Shown: positions 59,872 through 64,000 of the stretch, one piece after another
How the letters are laid out: the number at the start of each line of letters is the position of its first letter
How positions within the stretch are numbered: position 1 is the first letter of the stretch
Assembly (NCBI RefSeq): GCF_018350175.1
Contig: NC_058383.1
Coordinates: forward strand, 19,842,001-19,906,000
Reading direction: 5' to 3'
Origin: Felis catus
Taxonomy: Eukaryota
Length of the DNA stretch: 64,000 bases
Position numbers and translations under genes: made by a program
The notes under the pieces: model-generated
The model's database searches: none
Seen by the model: only the letters and a program-made list of their open reading frames with translations
What the model was told of the DNA's origin: nothing

Positions 59872-62800
59872 CCCCAAGAAGCTCTAACAGTGTCTTCAGA
59901 ATACATTTCCACCTGTCACGTGCACTTCCCTCCATGTCGGCTTCTCCCTCAGGCTTCAGGACGACAACAACCCTCATTCCCATAGTCCTCAAGAGCCATC
60001 TTCCCCCCAGAGCTTCCAACAAAGGCCCTGGAAGTCGAGTCCTATTGGCCTGGCTTTGTTCATGTGCCTGCCTCTGAACCAATCGAGGGCCAGGAGAGGC
60101 ATTGGAGCGAGTTGATTGGCTAGGCAGGGTCACATGCTCCCTGTTGGGCGGGCTGGGGCAGCCTCCGTTGGGCCACGTGAACCCAGAGTGGGTGGAGTGG
60201 TTCCGCAAAGGGAAACGGGGTTGTTGCTCCTTGAGGAAAACGCGTGCTAGCCAGGGCCCCTTCCCTCCTGGACTTAATGGGAAAGGCGTCAGTCTGGCCC
60301 CACCAGGGACTCAGAAGTTAAAAACGTTCAGTGATCTAGGTCTCTTTGCTCTGGACGTCCTATTTTATTTTTCTTGCTCTCTGCAGACGGGCTTTCTCTG
60401 CCTCTCTGAACATATCATTGCCTTGTAGATTTCCTGCCTCGTGTCTCCACCAACGGGATGAGCCCCCATTAACAGGTGTGGAGTCCGGATCCCAGAGAGA
60501 TTCTGTAGAATGTCTGCCGGGGGCCATCCAACATCTTGTGGTAGCGGCTCCTTGAGTTTCCATTGGGGAATGCCTCCCTACCCCTCGCCCCCGAGTGCAA
60601 GCAGCTGGGGCAGGAATCTTCCCTTCCGCCCCTGTCCCCGCTCCCTGGAGGAACCTGCGACCCAGGCAGGGTCAATCCCCACCTTCCAGGCCCTGGCCAC
60701 TGTGATTTTACTTTCCAGGGTGGTCATAGGAGGTGGGTAAGGTCCTCGCCTTGGAGCTTTGGCTAGGACTTTGGGGAGACAGACATTGCCTTTGAGCTCA
60801 GTTGCAAAGGCGGAAGGATAGCCTAGCGGTGCTAGAGGTCACCCGTGACGCTGAAGAATAGGGCCAACCTAGGGGGAAACAGAGTCAAGACATAGAGTCT
60901 CAGTAAGTTTTTGTTTTGGGGCCGTGGATCCAGCTCAGTCTCAGTCTCTCCTCCCCTAGGAATTTTGTTCCCATGAGCCCCTACATTCCCATTTTGCTTA
61001 AGCCGGTTTGAGTAGGTCTGTCTCTTGCAACCGGGACTTGGTATGAGTGCACAGAGGGTCAGAGAGACCCGCTTTAGTTGGCTTGTGGATGTGCCTATCA
61101 GGGTCGCGTGGTACCACGTGGCTATGGGCAGAGGGACGGTTTTTGCAGAAGAGGTTTGTCGGCTGGCCCAGGCTTGCTGGCTTTGGGGCTCACGAGTGAC
61201 CCAGGGCAGAGCTGTGTTGAGAAAGTCGGAATTAGCCTAGGAGGTGCCGGAAAGGAAGCCTGGGCATCTTCTCAGAGAGAATCACCGCTGGGTGGGTCAG
61301 GCCAGGGTTTGGAGAGGCGGGGGCCCCCTCCAGGCACACTTGGTGCCCACCCCCGGGGCAGCAAGGCTCATCCTAGCTCTGTCCACTGTGAGATGGCGCT
61401 TCCAATGTTGTCAGGCCTCGCTCAGGGCCTCGGTCTGAGCTGTGCCTGCAGCCTGATGACTTGGGGCGTGGAGTGGGATGTCATGCCCTGCAGGCACACC
61501 AAGGGGCTCAGAGAACACGGGCGGCCGGGCCGCTGCACGCCAGCTCCTCCCCGTGGGCACGCCCATGCATGTGAGAGCCCCGGAATTTTCTCTGCCCAAG
61601 TGCCATTCGGTGCACCCCAGCCTGGTTGCCTTTGCGGTGACAGGACAGTGTGACATCCACCCTCAGAACACCCCCTCGCAGGCCAAGGAGTGCCACTGAT
61701 GGCCCTCGCATCCTGTCCCTTTCTCCTTCAGTCTGGGTGTCTGTATGGACACTCGGGAAAAGACGATTTCACGTAGAAGAAATTAATCGCCTTTGCCAAA
61801 TGGGCTTGAAACGCTCCATGGGCTGTTTCTCTGTCGGCACAACAGACAAGAGTCTTGGAAAATGGATGCTGCTGACTGTTCGTTCACATGATCCTCTCTA
61901 GCTGTGGGTCAGCTAGGATTTTTTTTGGAGAGGTGGGGGCGGGGGGTGGAGAGCGGGGTGTGGGCGTGACCGACATGGCCGTCCTGGGAAGACACCTTTA
62001 CCCAACCCCTGCTCCGCCCCCCTCACTCATACTGCCTGGGGGGGGGGGGTCACTGCCTCCCAGTTCCGTGGAAAGCGTACTACGTTCTAGTGTGTGGCAT
62101 GCCTTGTCTTTAATCTTCACATCTGCCTAAGGAAAGTGCGAGCATTTCCATTTCACAGGTGGGGAGACTGAGGTGCACAGATGGGAAATGATTTGTCTAA
62201 ACTCACCCAGCTAGAAGCCGAGTTTCCCCCTCTAGGGTGTGGGGACTCTCGGTCCCCAGAGGTGGATCCTCTGGCCCTAAATTGTGTCTTAGTGCTGGGG
62301 AGGCAAAAGAGTGTGGTTAGTTAGGATGCCTTTTGGGTTCCAGCCCCGACCCCTGGATTCCCGCGGGTAAACTACATCACCACTCTGACCCTCAGTTTCC
62401 TCATCTGTAAAATGGAGAAAAACCAATGTCTTTTCCTCCTAGGATTGTTGGAGGATTAAGGCAGATAATGTATGGAAAGCACATATCACAGAACCATTTA
62501 GCTTTTTGGAAAAGATTCCCACCCTGCCCCTCGATGTCAGGCTTGCTCAGAGACCCTTTCCGGCCAATGGAATGTAAGCTGGATGGACGACGTGGGAGTT
62601 CCGAGCCCAGGCCCTAAGGGAAAACATGTATTCTGCTTCTTCATGTATTCACGACGTTCTGCCTTATGGCGTGGGGAAGGCTTTGCCCACATGGTCACTG
62701 CCCCTTGAGTTTGGGCCTCAGTATGAGACACAAAGGACAGGGCTTCTGTGGTCAACTTGCAGCCCTGTGAGTGAGAGAGGTGATTGTTTTAAGCCACTGA

Positions 62801-62956
62801 TGTGGGTGAAGCTTGTTACACAGCACTTTCCTGGCAGCCGCAAACTGATACGTGGAGACACGATGAGATTAGTGGACGTGTGGTCTTGTCTGCTGAGCAT
62901 CTTTTGGGAGGACAACCCCTCTCCCGTTCTTGGTTTATGTGGACCCTGCAATAGCC

Positions 62957-63158
62957 TTTTTTTTTTTTTAAGTTTATTTGTTTTTGAGAGAGAGAAAGTG
63001 CGAACGGAGCAGGGGCAGAGAGCGAGAGGGAGAGAGAGAGAATCCCGAGCGTGCTCCACACTGTCTGCACAGAGCCCGACGCGGGGCTCGAATCCACTGT
63101 GAGATCATGACCTGAGCTGAAGTCAGACGCTTAATGGACTGAGCCCCCCGGTCGCCCC
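62957..63158 (-). mobile_element. CAN-SINE
   Basis: Reverse copy with T tail and cagagcccgacgcggggctcga. Confidence 0.92.
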
Positions 63159-63689
63159 TGTACCTTGGCAACTCTTAAGCTCCGCCCCCACTTCCTCCAC
63201 CTGGGTGTTCCCCAGGAGGGGGAGCCTTGCGGGGTCACCCTCAGGTGGTGGTGGGCAGCACAGGGATTCGGTGCTGGGAAATGGTTTTCCGCTGCAGCCA
63301 TCAGCACAAGACAATGAGCCCTGGGCCCAGAAAGGCCCCCTCCCATTCCCCTGGGGATCTCTGGGGGCCATCGTCTCACCCAGGAAAGGAGTCCTGGACA
63401 CGGCCCAAGGGTCCCAAGCTTCATTTGCTGAATCATTTTGGGCCAGGCATGATCTCTTTGGGGATCAGTTTCTTCCTCTGTAAAATGGGTATGAGGAGAG
63501 GTGCGCTACACTCGATCGATGTGAGACCTTTTTTTGAGCAATGGACCCCCGAGAGAATCTGACACGAGGTGTGGACGGCTGCCTCGGGCATAGGTTTATG
63601 TGCACCGCTGTGGGTCACTGCAATGTTATATATAACTCAGGAGGGAGCTTTTTATGGACCGTGGGTTGAGAACATTTGGGCCTCACGAG

Positions 63690-63940
63690 GAACAGCCTTG
63701 TGACGCTAAGCAAGGCATTTGGAGCCAAGCTGCCTGGGATTGACTCTCTCTCCAGCACTTACTAGCTGGGTGACCTTGGCCAAGTTACTTAACGTGTCGG
63801 TGCCTCCGTTTCCTCATCTGTAAAAGGACAGCGATAAGAATCCTTCCCGCTCCACAGGGTTGCCGAGAGGAATAAAGAAGACGTTATATGTGTGGCACGT
63901 AGCACAGCATCCGGGACCTAGCGAGTGCTCGCGGATGACA
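63690..63940 (+). mobile_element. MIR SINE, near full length
   Basis: cacttactagctgggtgaccttggccaagttacttaac...tttcctcatctgtaaaa. Confidence 0.85.
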
Positions 63941-64000
63941 CAGATGGGGCAATCTAAGACCCAGAAGCTTCTCTGTTTGCCTCTGGCTGACAGCCTTTCC

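Overview
Mammalian genomic DNA, almost certainly from a cat-family carnivore, judged by about 25 tRNA-derived CAN-SINE/SINEC_Fc copies. It is gene-poor and rich in repeats (SINEC, MIR, L2, old L1, MLT/MER21/other LTRs, hAT and Tigger fossils). Two genic sequences are recognisable. (1) An apparently single-exon minus-strand locus at about 41.7-43.7 kb whose translation matches my recollection of human C16orf82 (protein TNT). It has a compact CACCC/GC-box, X-box, CCAAT and TATA promoter, no in-frame AUG downstream of the TATA box (candidate CUG start), and a repeat-structured extension broken by a 1-nt frameshift and an in-frame TGA. (2) A full-length disabled PCNA processed pseudogene at 31.06-32.78 kb, inserted in a MIR and itself hit by two SINEs. 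The window also has an orphan CpG island at about 6.2-6.7 kb (RFX X-box, GC boxes, CTCF-like site), a wide-spacer REST-like site, several enhancer-like non-repetitive blocks (one with both HOX13 motifs), and a two-SINE composite inside one target-site duplication (TSD). There is no CRISPR array, rRNA or true tRNA gene. Gene and repeat-family names come from memory, not from a search, and repeat boundaries are approximate.
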